Shown here in pieces: positions 8,474 through 19,700 of a DNA stretch of 64,000 bases. Numbering within the stretch: the stretch's first letter is position 1; each line of letters starts with the position of its first letter. Made by a program: the position numbers and the translations under genes. Under the pieces are notes generated by a model, which saw only the letters and a program-made list of their open reading frames with translations, searched no databases and was not told where the DNA came from. Source of the DNA: Promethearchaeota archaeon. GTDB lineage: Archaea > Asgardarchaeota > Thorarchaeia > Thorarchaeales > Thorarchaeaceae. The stretch covers positions 57,358 to 121,357 of the forward strand of contig WJMJ01000101.1 in NCBI GenBank assembly GCA_014728035.1. Direction: 5' to 3'.

Positions 8474-9163
8474 TCACTGCGGCATAATTACCAACGTCCC
8501 CTGCCACTCATTTTGTTGGATTGTAGTTTTGCCTGAAATATCCATGATATAGATTGCAAGTTTGGTTTTGGTCTTATCTGAATATGATATGTACATGTTT
8601 GTTTTTGTGCATTTTGGTATGGGTATAGATGACGCCACATATATTGTGCCTTTCCCAGATACCACAATGGATGGTTTTCCACCGCCATCGATCATTGTAT
8701 ACTTCATACCAGAAAGTTCTTCAGGTACATGTAGCCACACATAATTTCTGTTCCGATAAGCTTTGCCATTCTTGGTTAGCGTTGTAAACGCAAAACCATT
8801 CCCTGTTACTTGAATTGGTGAACGGTCCAGTGCGTCATTAAGCTGCGTTGTAAACATTTCCTTCTTCAGGCGATCAATCTCTTTGAGCAGTACAGAGGCC
8901 GTCCGGATGTCACCCTTCTTGGTGTAGATCTTCATCGTGTCCTGATAGGCTTCGATTGTTTCCTGCTTGAGCTTATCAATCTTCTCAAAATGCTTCTGTT
9001 TGGCTTCTTCGAGTTCCCTATCAGCCTCCTCCTTGTCATGAGCGATACTTCTGATCTTTCGCTTGAGTTGAATGTTTTGGTTGATCACATCTTCCAGAGC
9101 ACCCTCTCCAGCACACACCATTGTACAACTAACACTAAGCACAAGAATAATAAAATAACGCAT
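8474..9163 (-). CDS. Secreted/periplasmic coiled-coil protein
   Basis: N-terminal signal peptide MRYFIILVLSVSCTMVCA, coiled coil, C-terminal beta domain. Confidence 0.7.
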   Translation of the reverse strand: MRYFIILVLSVSCTMVCAGEGALEDVINQNIQLKRKIRSIAHDKEEADRELEEAKQKHFEKIDKLKQETIEAYQDTMKIYTKKGDIRTASVLLKEIDRLKKEMFTTQLNDALDRSPIQVTGNGFAFTTLTKNGKAYRNRNYVWLHVPEELSGMKYTMIDGGGKPSIVVSGKGTIYVASSIPIPKCTKTNMYISYSDKTKTKLAIYIMDISGKTTIQQNEWQGTLVIMPQ

Positions 9164-9237
9164 AAAAGCCTCCTTTCTTTCTTAGGGCATTTTTATATAT
9201 AGATAATATTAATCTACTACGAGTTGTAAAATATACT

Positions 9238-10038
9238 ATGAGTTGTATGTGGATAGGTATAATGATATATAAAATCGCTCGTGGTTATGATCCTCTAGGT
9301 AAGATGGATTTTAATACTGGGCATATGCCAGTTATATTGCGCACTAGAAATAGGCACACATATTTACATATTACTATTAGTAGCCTAGAACTAAGTGGAG
9401 CAAAGCCGGATTTAATTGTAGATGATAGAAGCGATGATGATGATGCACACAAATATTTGTTTACTAATGATCCAGTTGATCTTAATCTAGATATGTGGCC
9501 ACGTATTGTAAGAAAACCACAGACAAACATTGTACGTGGAATATATGGTAAATATGAAACCATACAACCACCAACTAGAAAAGGAGCACGAGGTGGTATA
9601 TATTGGTCGGCTGCATATGGTTTTGCTCGGTTTCCACAGAGCGCAGCTATTATATTAGTGGAAGCAGACGTGTTGTTTTGCGATGGATGGTATCATAAAT
9701 TTTTGGAAGAATATCATAAATCATCTAGAGACGTTGGTATCATATCTGGATTTAAATGTTCCAGAAATTATACTGCACAATTATGGTTGATCACTCGTGA
9801 TGTTTATGTGCGTTCATATGATGATTTCCACAAACATTATAAGACACGTCAAACAGGTGGTGATATTGCGTTGAGAAAGAGTTGTGAACATGCTGGATTG
9901 AAGATTATTAAGACGCCCAGAGCATTATGTCAGCATATAGGATATCAGTCAGTGGCGCATCCACGCAGAGCTAGGAAAGGCAGGGTTCTTATGGTAAAGC
10001 CGAGTTTATTATACTCTAAGTTGTGTATTCCAACATGA
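9238..10038 (+). CDS. GT2/GT-A-like glycosyltransferase
   Basis: PVILRTRNR, IVDDRSDD, LVEADVLF, CQHIG. Confidence 0.7.
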   Translation: MSCMWIGIMIYKIARGYDPLGKMDFNTGHMPVILRTRNRHTYLHITISSLELSGAKPDLIVDDRSDDDDAHKYLFTNDPVDLNLDMWPRIVRKPQTNIVRGIYGKYETIQPPTRKGARGGIYWSAAYGFARFPQSAAIILVEADVLFCDGWYHKFLEEYHKSSRDVGIISGFKCSRNYTAQLWLITRDVYVRSYDDFHKHYKTRQTGGDIALRKSCEHAGLKIIKTPRALCQHIGYQSVAHPRRARKGRVLMVKPSLLYSKLCIPT

Positions 10039-10721
10039 AGTACAATGTCAATAAAGTGATTCCACATAAGATTCAATCTGATTCAATATCATTTTGTATT
10101 TTTTGTAAAGGTAGATTGAAATACGCATTAGTATGTATAAAAAATCTAATTGAATATATTTCAGATAAAGATGAAATCATATTTGTTGACTATTCATGTC
10201 CAGATAATAGTGGTGATGTTATATCGTCTATGCAAAATGAACATATAAATGTAATTCGTGTTTTAAACTGTGATAGTTGGCATATTAATCATGCGCGAAA
10301 TTGTGCTGGTGTTAATTCATCAAAGGATATCATAGTTATGTTGGACTGTGACATTATATTAAATCAAAATAATGTTGATGAGATAAGAAGATTGGAGCAG
10401 GGATATTACTTGAGGTCCAAACTACGAGGTAAAGGCTATGATGGTTTTGTGGCTGTATTTAGATCTGATTATATGGCAGTGTGTGGATATGAAGAAGGTA
10501 TATGTTGTTATGGTCATGATGATAAAGCTTTTTATCATTCTCTTGATAGATTAGGCTTAAAATGTGTCAGGATGAATTCTACGTTTAACCCAATGAATAA
10601 TACCATGGGTGAAAAGATTAGATTCGCACCAAAATCGTCTTTAAATAATGCAATCTATAGACTGCTGCGCAAGAGACATAAATATCGCAATAATGTTGGA
10701 CGTAACTGGGGTCGGGTGTGA
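10035..10721 (+). CDS. GT2 glycosyltransferase with GT7-like C-terminal motif
   Basis: IIFVDY, ARNCAG, LDCD, GYEE...YGHDD; ATGA overlap with the upstream gene. Confidence 0.8.
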   Translation: MKYNVNKVIPHKIQSDSISFCIFCKGRLKYALVCIKNLIEYISDKDEIIFVDYSCPDNSGDVISSMQNEHINVIRVLNCDSWHINHARNCAGVNSSKDIIVMLDCDIILNQNNVDEIRRLEQGYYLRSKLRGKGYDGFVAVFRSDYMAVCGYEEGICCYGHDDKAFYHSLDRLGLKCVRMNSTFNPMNNTMGEKIRFAPKSSLNNAIYRLLRKRHKYRNNVGRNWGRV

Positions 10722-11485
10722 AATATTTATTGGGCAGAAAACATCTGCCATCAATAAAGGTGACTAGAAAGGGCAGCAATATTGGTGATCAAATGCTGGC
10801 GTCATTATTTGTTCATGTTCTCACTAACAACAATATTGATGCTGTTTTAGAATGTAAATTTGATCATCTTTGTAATTGTCCCAAGCCTGTGTCGCATAAT
10901 AAATACACAAATTTTGAATTCAGGTATGAAGACAATAATTATGATTATGCTTACGGAAATATTGTGCAACGCGCTATAAACGCATTTAATAATCGTTTTC
11001 ATACTAATGTACATATGATATGCCCAGATCATATTCCAGTACATTTTAGAAAATTAAACACTCCAAATTATGATGTTGTAATGTCAACAAAATCAAGTGG
11101 TTGGACATTATATAAAGAGTGGCCATATTTTACGGATCTAAAGCACACCTTGCGTCAGATGGGCATTAGTAGTTGTGATATTTCTTATATTCATAATTAT
11201 GCATGTTTGAATTATGTAAACAATGCTAAAATTTATGTGGGGATTGACAATGGTATGGCGCATTATGTGTCACAATTTGCCAATAATAAAGCCATAATTA
11301 TACAAAGTGGGTATACAAATTCAGAATTTTGGTGCTACTATAATTATGATATTATTAAAAATAAAGTTCATTGTAGTCCATGCTCATTGCGTAGTGGATG
11401 TATATTTAACCATGCTTGTATGTCGGAAATCAAAGTAAATACGGTTATTGATCATATTAAACGTAAATTGACACAAATCATATGA
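10718..11485 (+). CDS. GT9-like glycosyltransferase (short)
   Basis: IGDQMLAS, YKEWPYF, VGIDNGMAH, CSPC...C...CM. Confidence 0.75.
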   Translation: MKYLLGRKHLPSIKVTRKGSNIGDQMLASLFVHVLTNNNIDAVLECKFDHLCNCPKPVSHNKYTNFEFRYEDNNYDYAYGNIVQRAINAFNNRFHTNVHMICPDHIPVHFRKLNTPNYDVVMSTKSSGWTLYKEWPYFTDLKHTLRQMGISSCDISYIHNYACLNYVNNAKIYVGIDNGMAHYVSQFANNKAIIIQSGYTNSEFWCYYNYDIIKNKVHCSPCSLRSGCIFNHACMSEIKVNTVIDHIKRKLTQII

Positions 11486-12248
11486 TACCACCAAATATTA
11501 ATTTAGACAAATAATGAGTTTCATCATCGAATTTGTCCATGAACCACGAAAGGTTTTTATATAACTTCCATCGTTCAAGTACTTTGAGTTCTTGACCAGC
11601 TTTATTGCGACCATCAAAACTACTGCCCCGACCAAATTTGCTTACGAAATTTAGACCATCATCATTCCATATGTCGCATAGATCGTTGCTTACTTTCTTT
11701 CTATAATTAATGTCTGATACCCACGAATTAAAATTTATTTTGTATTTATTATTAAGATATTTGGTAATGTCTAGATATTCTTTAGCGTGGGTTTTCCATA
11801 AATCTATATAATTATGGCGGTGTTCTGGTATGCCACGACGTTCTCTGCTTGCAGCCAAATTGAATGGATCCCTAAGTATGATGATATTCTTCATAATGTT
11901 GGTTGGCCCTATAAACCTGTTTATGTTGTTGCTTATTTGTTTTATGTGTGCGTCTTCATAATTTGTGAATAATCCATATTTTCTTGTCGATTTAAATCTT
12001 TTTGTGTCTCTGCGAGATTTTATAGCATTCACAAAATCTGGGTATTGTCTGCCGTGTTCCCATATTGGTGTCTTATATGGATCACCCATTGCATTATTTA
12101 TAAACAATACCTTTCTATGCATCTGTTTAGCAATCCACAATATTATTGCATGTTGACCACCTCTCTTGAGTGAATAGAAAACATATCCATAATGTTGTCC
12201 ACCATTATTGGTATCATGACCATATTTGTTGGTAATTAAATATTTCAT
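11478..12248 (-). CDS. Sulfotransferase-like protein
   Basis: SLKRGGQHAII (PSB-like), ILRDPFNLAASR (PB). Confidence 0.65.
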   Translation of the reverse strand: MKYLITNKYGHDTNNGGQHYGYVFYSLKRGGQHAIILWIAKQMHRKVLFINNAMGDPYKTPIWEHGRQYPDFVNAIKSRRDTKRFKSTRKYGLFTNYEDAHIKQISNNINRFIGPTNIMKNIIILRDPFNLAASRERRGIPEHRHNYIDLWKTHAKEYLDITKYLNNKYKINFNSWVSDINYRKKVSNDLCDIWNDDGLNFVSKFGRGSSFDGRNKAGQELKVLERWKLYKNLSWFMDKFDDETHYLSKLIFGGII

Positions 12249-12323
12249 AAAGTATGTTTGATATTATCATTCAAATATAATATCAAAGGATTCATTAACA
12301 ACCTCGATCTCTAGGAGATAATT

Positions 12324-12800
12324 ATGCGCAAGGTGCTAACTGAGCAAGAAGACATTGAACAAGCAGTGGCCGTTGCCACAGAGCCAGAAACACCAGACAT
12401 GCCCGATTTCGACGCCATTGCCAAAGACATGGATTATGAAATTGATGAACCAGAAGAGAAAGAGGATTTGATTTGTTTCAATCCTTCATCTCTCATTCGT
12501 GCGCTTGAGCATGCTAGGGAAGATTTTGAGGGTGAAGGTGGAGACACTGAACTTCATGAATTTGCAGAGATGCTTATTGAACTCGCTGAGGAAAAAGGCG
12601 ATGGTGAATGTATCTGCGTAGAGGATCTTGAAGATATGTTCGAAGAAAGTTCAGAGGAAGAAGCCGAAGAACTTGAAGCTGGCGAAGACATGGAAGAAGC
12701 AGAATTCGACGTTCTTGGCAACGAAGAAGAGGCCATGGAATCAGCGCAACATGATGACAATGTTATCACTGAGAAGACCGACAAAATCCAGTCAAAATAA
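12324..12800 (+). CDS. Highly acidic hypothetical protein (possible head scaffold/internal protein)
   Basis: D/E-rich; AGGAG RBS; N-terminal VLTE. Confidence 0.7.
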   Translation: MRKVLTEQEDIEQAVAVATEPETPDMPDFDAIAKDMDYEIDEPEEKEDLICFNPSSLIRALEHAREDFEGEGGDTELHEFAEMLIELAEEKGDGECICVEDLEDMFEESSEEEAEELEAGEDMEEAEFDVLGNEEEAMESAQHDDNVITEKTDKIQSK

Positions 12801-12841
12801 ATTGACTAGAGATAAATGATGCAAGATGTGAACCCCAGTCT

Positions 12842-13204
12842 TTATGGCTGGGGTTCTTCGTATATACGCACGTCTTTGATGTCTATAATCCTAATGACAT
12901 CTTCATCATCGAAGGGTGATATTATAATTGGTTTGATGGTGAGTTTGGAAATATCATAAGATTGGTCTATTAATTCTATATCCGCACACAATCGATTATC
13001 TTTGATATATAATTGATGCGTAACATGTGTGGCTGTACGATATCGTTGAATATGATCCCTATTCAAATACCCACCAACACATGGACAACCAGCGTTAAAT
13101 TTATCCATGGCTAACTTGGCATCATTTAGATTATATTTCCTGCCGCTTTCTGATATAATTAATGGTGGTTTTATATATAACTTAGCGTAGATTGTATGGT
13201 GCAT
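12842..13204 (-). CDS. Hypothetical protein, weak resemblance to the prohead protease fold
   Basis: SGRKY...THVTHQLYIKDNRLCADIELID recalls gp21-type protease segments. Confidence 0.4.
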   Translation of the reverse strand: MHHTIYAKLYIKPPLIISESGRKYNLNDAKLAMDKFNAGCPCVGGYLNRDHIQRYRTATHVTHQLYIKDNRLCADIELIDQSYDISKLTIKPIIISPFDDEDVIRIIDIKDVRIYEEPQP

Positions 13205-13240
13205 ATTAATCCTTTCTTATATTACATATCGTTAGAGTAA

Positions 13241-14428
13241 ATGCACAGAGAACCATTAGCATATAGACTCAGACCCAAAACCATTGATGGGTTCATAGGG
13301 CAGGACCACATCGTGGGTGAAGGCACTTTATTAAGACAGATGATAGAGAGTGACAGTCTGCGTAGCGTGATATTTTATGGTCCAGCAGGTACTGGTAAGA
13401 CAACACTTGCTGAGATCATAGCGAATCATACAAATTCTCACTTTGTGAGACTTAATGCGACAGCTGCTGGTATCAAAGACGTGCGCAATGCAATTCGCCA
13501 AGCTAATATTGAGTACGATTTAAATGAAAAACGTACAACGCTGTTTATTGATGAGGTACACAGGTTTTCTAAAAACGTGCAGGATGCGTTATTGCCCTCT
13601 GTTGAAGATGGTACAGTTACAATCGTCGCTGGTACTACTGAGAATCCGTTTTTCTCAGTGATAGGGCCACTAATCTCACGTAGTCATATCTTCCAATTTG
13701 AATCATTAACAGAGAAGGATCTATACAAAGTATTACTTGGTGGTATAAATCACTACAAGCAACAAAATCGCAATATAAGCATTGATGAGGACGCCGCCAA
13801 ATATCTAGCTGTCAAATCAGACGGCGATGCAAGAAAAATACTCCAATCGTTAGAATTAGCTGTAGAATCATTTGGGTCCGACCATATCGACATCAATTTG
13901 TGCAAACAAGTAGTACCCACAAAGTCGGTGTTTTTCGATAAAACTGGTAGTGCCAAGTATGATCTCGCTTCATGCTTGCAGGGGTCTATACAAGCAAGCG
14001 ACCCCGATGCCGCCATTTATTGGTTGGCTAGGTCGTTGGAATCTGGGGAAGATATTATTTATATAGCCAGGAGGTTGCTTGTATCTGCGGCTGAGGATGT
14101 TGGTGTTGGTAACCCAATAGCGATACCATTAGCTCATAGCGTTCTGGAATCATGCAAGATTGTTGGTAGGCCAGAATGTGACTTGCATCTTGCCACTCTG
14201 GTGGTATTCCTAGCATCTAGTAAACGCAATAAATCTGCTGCTATGGCAATTTGGGAAGCTCTTGGCGATGTAAGGAATGATTTTTCCGTTGTCATTCCTC
14301 CAGCAATGAAGGATTGTCATTATAAGGGCGCGGAACAACTTGGACACGGTGCGTATCATGATGGATCTAATCAAGACGCATATGTAGGCATAAGCAAGAG
14401 ATATTTCAAGCCTGAAAATTGGACCTGA
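13241..14428 (+). CDS. rarA: Replication-associated recombination protein A (RarA/MgsA AAA+ ATPase), C-terminus shortened
   Basis: PLAYRLRP, GPAGTGKTT, FIDEVHRF, TTENP, SDPDAAIYWL, AAEDVG. Confidence 0.93.
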   Translation: MHREPLAYRLRPKTIDGFIGQDHIVGEGTLLRQMIESDSLRSVIFYGPAGTGKTTLAEIIANHTNSHFVRLNATAAGIKDVRNAIRQANIEYDLNEKRTTLFIDEVHRFSKNVQDALLPSVEDGTVTIVAGTTENPFFSVIGPLISRSHIFQFESLTEKDLYKVLLGGINHYKQQNRNISIDEDAAKYLAVKSDGDARKILQSLELAVESFGSDHIDINLCKQVVPTKSVFFDKTGSAKYDLASCLQGSIQASDPDAAIYWLARSLESGEDIIYIARRLLVSAAEDVGVGNPIAIPLAHSVLESCKIVGRPECDLHLATLVVFLASSKRNKSAAMAIWEALGDVRNDFSVVIPPAMKDCHYKGAEQLGHGAYHDGSNQDAYVGISKRYFKPENWT

Positions 14429-14687
14429 TATAATTCTTTAGGTCATCATTCCTTTCGATATCACAAACCACACACAAATACTTATACTTGCCGGATGATG
14501 TTTCGTAGCATTCATCCATCCATTCCTCTATGTGTTCACTCCGCTTCATATCAAATCTTCGGGCAATATCATCCGGGTACGCATTAACCTTAACTATGGG
14601 TCTGCCCACACTCCCACCACCCCACACAAAGTCATAGAACTTGGGATCATTACTCCATACTAACGACATTTTCATTCTATTCTCCAA
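14406..14687 (-). CDS. Hypothetical protein
   Basis: 93-aa ORF. Confidence 0.5.
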   Translation of the reverse strand: MENRMKMSLVWSNDPKFYDFVWGGGSVGRPIVKVNAYPDDIARRFDMKRSEHIEEWMDECYETSSGKYKYLCVVCDIERNDDLKNYIRSNFQA

Positions 14688-14895
14688 ACGGTATGTGGGC
14701 CATATCGATGTCTACCCAATGCCAGTATTCTGCAAAACAAGATCGACAGCGTCTTGCTAATTGTATCTTACCATTGTTTTTTGTACCAAGTCCAATTGGT
14801 TTTGTCAACCCCTTACATGATGGGCATAGAACAGAATCATGTTCTATCCCATTCACTGCGATCTGAAGAATTTTAATAATATAGTTGTTAATCAT
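14677..14895 (-). CDS. Small Zn-ribbon protein
   Basis: CPSC...CRSC. Confidence 0.55.
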   Translation of the reverse strand: MINNYIIKILQIAVNGIEHDSVLCPSCKGLTKPIGLGTKNNGKIQLARRCRSCFAEYWHWVDIDMAHIPFGE

Positions 14896-14962
14896 ATGTG
14901 GTCAAATACAATAGTTATATGCCCACAGCAAAGTTAAATAAAATATAAATAAGAGAATATAG

Positions 14963-16657
14963 ATGTTTCCAAGAAAACCATATGATGGCCAGCAAATTAT
15001 TGATACACGAGGAATGCTGCACGAGTTTGATGCAGAAATAGATGCGTGGGTTGTAAAGGGATATGTAGATGTCTACAGTGATGTTACGGAACTAGATGAC
15101 GGCCTCGTCCCGCCATCGCTGAATAATTTCATTAAGTCTATAGACAATGCTGATTTTAATAGTGTAAAAATAGGTCACAGTGATGCGTATTTTTGTTTAT
15201 TTTATTCTGATGATCATTCTATTGCATTTAGAATTGAACATAATCCCAACAAGAATCTACGCATTGAATTAGGCAGTAAGGCAATCGTGCGTAAATTTTT
15301 ACGCACTGCATGTGTTGGGCCACGTGGTGAAAAAGGAATGGTCGGGGATGACGGAGATGATGGTGACCCAGCAGATAATGAACCGATATATAATATAGCA
15401 CCATCTGATGGGATTTTTACCGTTGATAACACCGCAGTATCATATCCTATAGATACTCCGGTTTCTCTTCGCCTTTATAAAGATAATAATTTAATTGCTG
15501 ATATACGAGTGACGCTTGATGACCAGGCGTCATTATATTTTGTACATGATGGTTATAATGTAACAAATTATGATATCAAACTTGGTAACAATAAAATATC
15601 TGGTGTTATTAATCTTGATGGAGATTTGTCTGGTGAATGGGATTATAGGGTTAGACAAGTAGGTCCTGACGGAGATCCTGGTCAGGATGGATCATCATTC
15701 CTGGAGATCCGACAGTCTGTTTTATCTGATCCAGATTTAGTTAGCAGAAGTGCTGTAGCTCATATATTTAAAGTTATAAATAATATTGCGCAGACAGCTA
15801 TTGATTTTTCATCTACTACTTGTGTGTCAAGATTAACATCAAGTGGATCTTGGCGTTTTAGTCTTGATAACTCATCATTACTATCATGCAAGATATCGAC
15901 GCAGGAGTGTAAGGATTTATGGTCATATAACTATGAGCATGAGGACATTAATTCTAGTGCGCTGGAAATGCCAACATGGGTGCCTAGTAGTAACTGCCCC
16001 AATTATAGAAGACATGATCAATTCAAATTTGAATGGACTGATCAGGCTACGTCAACTGTACCATATGATTTTATAAATGAACCGAGACCTGATGAACAGT
16101 GTTGTCAGGAAGACTTCTTCTTGTGTCCTAATCTTGGTGATGCGTGTCCTCCGGATGTGTCAATAGATCCACCATTACCACCATTTTTGCCACCTCTGCC
16201 TAGTCCTAGCTCATCCTCATCTAGTTCTGCAGTATCTTCATCTAGTTCATCTTCATCTAGTTCATCTTCATCTAGTTCATCATCTTCATCTAGCTCGTCT
16301 AGCTCATCTTCTATCTCATCATCTTCAAGCTCATCATTTTCGTCTTCAAGTTCATCGTCTAGCTCGTCTAGTTCCAATTACTCATCGAGTAGTTCTAGCT
16401 CCTCATTACTGCCATCTAGCTCGTCATTATCGTCATCTAGCAGTTCATCAAGTGGTTATTCGCCGCCAAATTGTGGATTTTGCATTATGTCTAGTGGTAC
16501 TGATTGTGACGATTGTTATAATAATTTTCTTGCTGAATGGGGTGATATAAGTTCAGTATGTGGATCTGGGTGTTCACCCAATTACGACTGCATATTCTAT
16601 TCAGGCATAGGCACATATTTGTGTGGATGTGTTGTAATTGATAGTTTGTGCCCGTAG
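14963..16657 (+). CDS. Collagen-repeat, poly-Ser, Cys-rich tail/baseplate fibre protein
   Basis: N-terminal FPxxPxxGQ domain, GXY repeats, poly-Ser 16208-16453, Cys-rich tip. Confidence 0.7.
   Translation: MFPRKPYDGQQIIDTRGMLHEFDAEIDAWVVKGYVDVYSDVTELDDGLVPPSLNNFIKSIDNADFNSVKIGHSDAYFCLFYSDDHSIAFRIEHNPNKNLRIELGSKAIVRKFLRTACVGPRGEKGMVGDDGDDGDPADNEPIYNIAPSDGIFTVDNTAVSYPIDTPVSLRLYKDNNLIADIRVTLDDQASLYFVHDGYNVTNYDIKLGNNKISGVINLDGDLSGEWDYRVRQVGPDGDPGQDGSSFLEIRQSVLSDPDLVSRSAVAHIFKVINNIAQTAIDFSSTTCVSRLTSSGSWRFSLDNSSLLSCKISTQECKDLWSYNYEHEDINSSALEMPTWVPSSNCPNYRRHDQFKFEWTDQATSTVPYDFINEPRPDEQCCQEDFFLCPNLGDACPPDVSIDPPLPPFLPPLPSPSSSSSSSAVSSSSSSSSSSSSSSSSSSSSSSSSSSISSSSSSSFSSSSSSSSSSSSNYSSSSSSSSLLPSSSSLSSSSSSSSGYSPPNCGFCIMSSGTDCDDCYNNFLAEWGDISSVCGSGCSPNYDCIFYSGIGTYLCGCVVIDSLCP
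16208..16453 (+). repeat. Poly-serine coding tract (~82 aa)
   Basis: Mixed TCN/AGY codons. Confidence 0.95.
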
Positions 16658-16713
16658 AATTAGAATGTAGTTGTCACAAATATACATATGGATTAGATTG
16701 ATGATGATAAATT

Positions 16714-19700
16714 ATGGCACGTAGCGCACAACCATATTTTTATAGATACCCGCACCAGAACAATCGTACTGGTTGGCAACCTGTATGGGTGGGTACGGTA
16801 CTAATAGCACCATGGCGTAGGGATAAGTTTGGCAATAGTATTTCTGGTTCGGGTATTATTGAGCTTACATTTGGCATAGAACAAATTGCTGGAGCCAGGG
16901 TTGCTGGTCATGACCACATTGGCGTTTTCAAACCAGATTTTAATTTATTAAATATTACCATCAGTCCAGTTGAACTAGAAGAATCATATATTGATCTGGA
17001 CACAGTGTCATTTTATACGGCAGATGGTACACCAATTGACAGATCAGAAGCTGATGAAGGTGATTATTTCGAACTTGTTATTGCACGCGGTGTTGTAGAT
17101 AGAGTACCATATTTACCAGATGCGGACTATTATGACTTATCATCGTATCAATTAGAAGTTGAAAATTTAGAGCACGATAGATATAATTTTGTATGGCAGG
17201 CTCAATATCATCCGAGAGTCGTCGATAGTAATGATGATTTTCTGTGTATCAATGTAGATCATGTGTCTCTGGCTCGTTTGGAATCCATTCTTGCACATCC
17301 TGGCGAAGTTCATGCCGAAATGGTGAGTAAGACTCCGCCGTTTTATTTCGAGTCAGAGGACAGGTCCAGCGACCCATTAATTCAATTATATAGACCGTTT
17401 GCTGATGCACTTCAGGACATCTTTGATGAGCAGACATTGCTGCGCGGTCTTAACTGGGTTGATAACATTCCAGGCCAGTTAATACCATATCTAGCTTATT
17501 TAATTGGCATTGACTTACCCTATTTCCAGACAGCAGATGATAAAATTCGTAGATCTATAGTTAGACGTGGTACATATCTTCAGAAGCTAAAGGGTTCCCG
17601 GCGTGCCATAATCGAATTGTTCAGAATATTTGGATTTACCATAGATCTTATTAATTTATGGTCTTCTCAAGATGGTAGTAGATTTATTGCACCAAATGAA
17701 AATATCAATGACTCCTCACAGCAAATAACCACAGAAGATATATGCCAAGTTGACCCCATACTTGTTGGATATACAGATGAGGGGTTCGGGCAATTAGACA
17801 TACCATTATTATATAGAAATAATAATGATGCTATAACAGTGGACATATGGTTGGTAAGAAATGATTCCAACCTTAAAACATCTCTTGATGATGCGTTGGA
17901 ATCCATTAATACTGATCCTGAGGCATTTGCTGACGATGTTTGTGTGCGTGATGCATCAGGTGCCATCATACCACGTAAGCTGCTTGAAGTAGTTCGTAAT
18001 AAATCCGGATCAATAGGATATAGTCATTTATATTTATCAGACAACGTTGTACAATCTGAATATCATACCGGATTGGCCCCATTAACTAATAATAGTATTA
18101 CATATGATCAAGATACCAATGTCATGAATTTGACGTTTGGCAGGTATCAGGAATTTGATGGATATTCTGCATATGCATTTGTGTCTTATGAACACACCAA
18201 GATAAGCATCCCAATATCATTACAAAATTTGCAGTCCAATAGATTCGACATAAATATTATTTCTCGTAGTGGCGTAGACATAGATTCTAATTTATATGAA
18301 TATCTTCTCGACTTATTATTTAATTTTAAAGCATTCCATTCACTGCTGCGCAAGATTAGTTACGTTGTCGATATACTTGATGTATACAATGTCACTGATT
18401 ATTGTGTTGGTGGTGCTAGTCAGGACGATCCGCGTTTTGATGCTGGTAATTTGCAAATACCTCCTGCCATACTTCCCACAGATGAAACAGATATTGATTG
18501 TGATGATGATATTAGAGATCGAGGGTTTAAGGAAGATGATCTAACATTACGTCAAAAAATCATCACATCCTTGCGTAACGAATATGAGGCATGGCAGTTT
18601 CTTATCAACACACATAAGATAACTTCTCAAGATAGGAATGATCTTAGTAAAGTCTCAGATCTTAGCGCGGCCAATGTAGATCCAGATGATGATGGATATA
18701 ACGAAGAAGGCCAAAATAGGGTCAAGTTTGAATCTGATTTTGATCCAGATCATGGCCCAGACAATAGAGAGATTGTAAGAGATGTAGATAATCCACCAAC
18801 AGATCATTGCTATAAGGGTAGAGTCGAGCAGAATCTGGTGGTTGAGCGTGTCATACCTCTTGTAGAACAGGTAAGATGTAAACCATGTACCTTAATGCCA
18901 GGTCGTGGTGTTTATTATACCCACAATATTAGTAATCCCACACCACAGGAATTTGGTTTTCTTGGTGGTTTGCAAAGTCGATATGGCAATTCCAACCTAC
19001 AGTTTGATACGCGTCATTTTGTTGACACATTTGATGCACGCCCAGCATACTTTAGACCAAGTCTTGATATCCAGAAAGATACATCACATTTTCCCGGACA
19101 TCGGTTTATATGCGGTAATCGACTTCTCACTGATTTTGTGCATCCAGAATGGCGTGCTCATCCATGGGATTATAACGAGCCATGCGATTGCGACGATAGT
19201 GAATTTAATCCGCTTAATGCCTATTTGACAGAGGGAACTGATGGAGATGAATGGTTAATATTTGATGATATTGCTCAGTCGTGGGAAGGCAATGGACTTG
19301 AACCTGACCTTGCCTCATTAGGTGATCAAACTACTGATTATAGTTTTACCCATGAATTATATACTACTCAACCTGAATCACACCCCTCTATAACCCTAGA
19401 TAGAGTAACTTTTACGGATGATGAGTCAATATATAGTGATGGTGAAGCTATATATGACTCCGCTTCTGAATGTGCTAGTTTTGGTGATTTTAGAGATGGT
19501 TATCCATCCGAGAGTGATAATTATACCATAAGTGCATATGAATTTGTGGTTAAGGTGGGTCCTCACGCTGATTTGTTTGAGGCTATGGGAATACCAGGAG
19601 TATATCTTGGATCATCAAGCTCATCGTCTAGTAGCTCATCATCTAGTAGTTTGAGCCTGAGTTCATCAAGTAGCTCATCTAATCTCTCATCAAGTAGTTC

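Noticed and set aside
3573-12248. Bacterial capsule/LPS locus
   Set aside because: No transport, polymerase or nucleotide-sugar genes; embedded among phage structural genes sharing an upstream motif.
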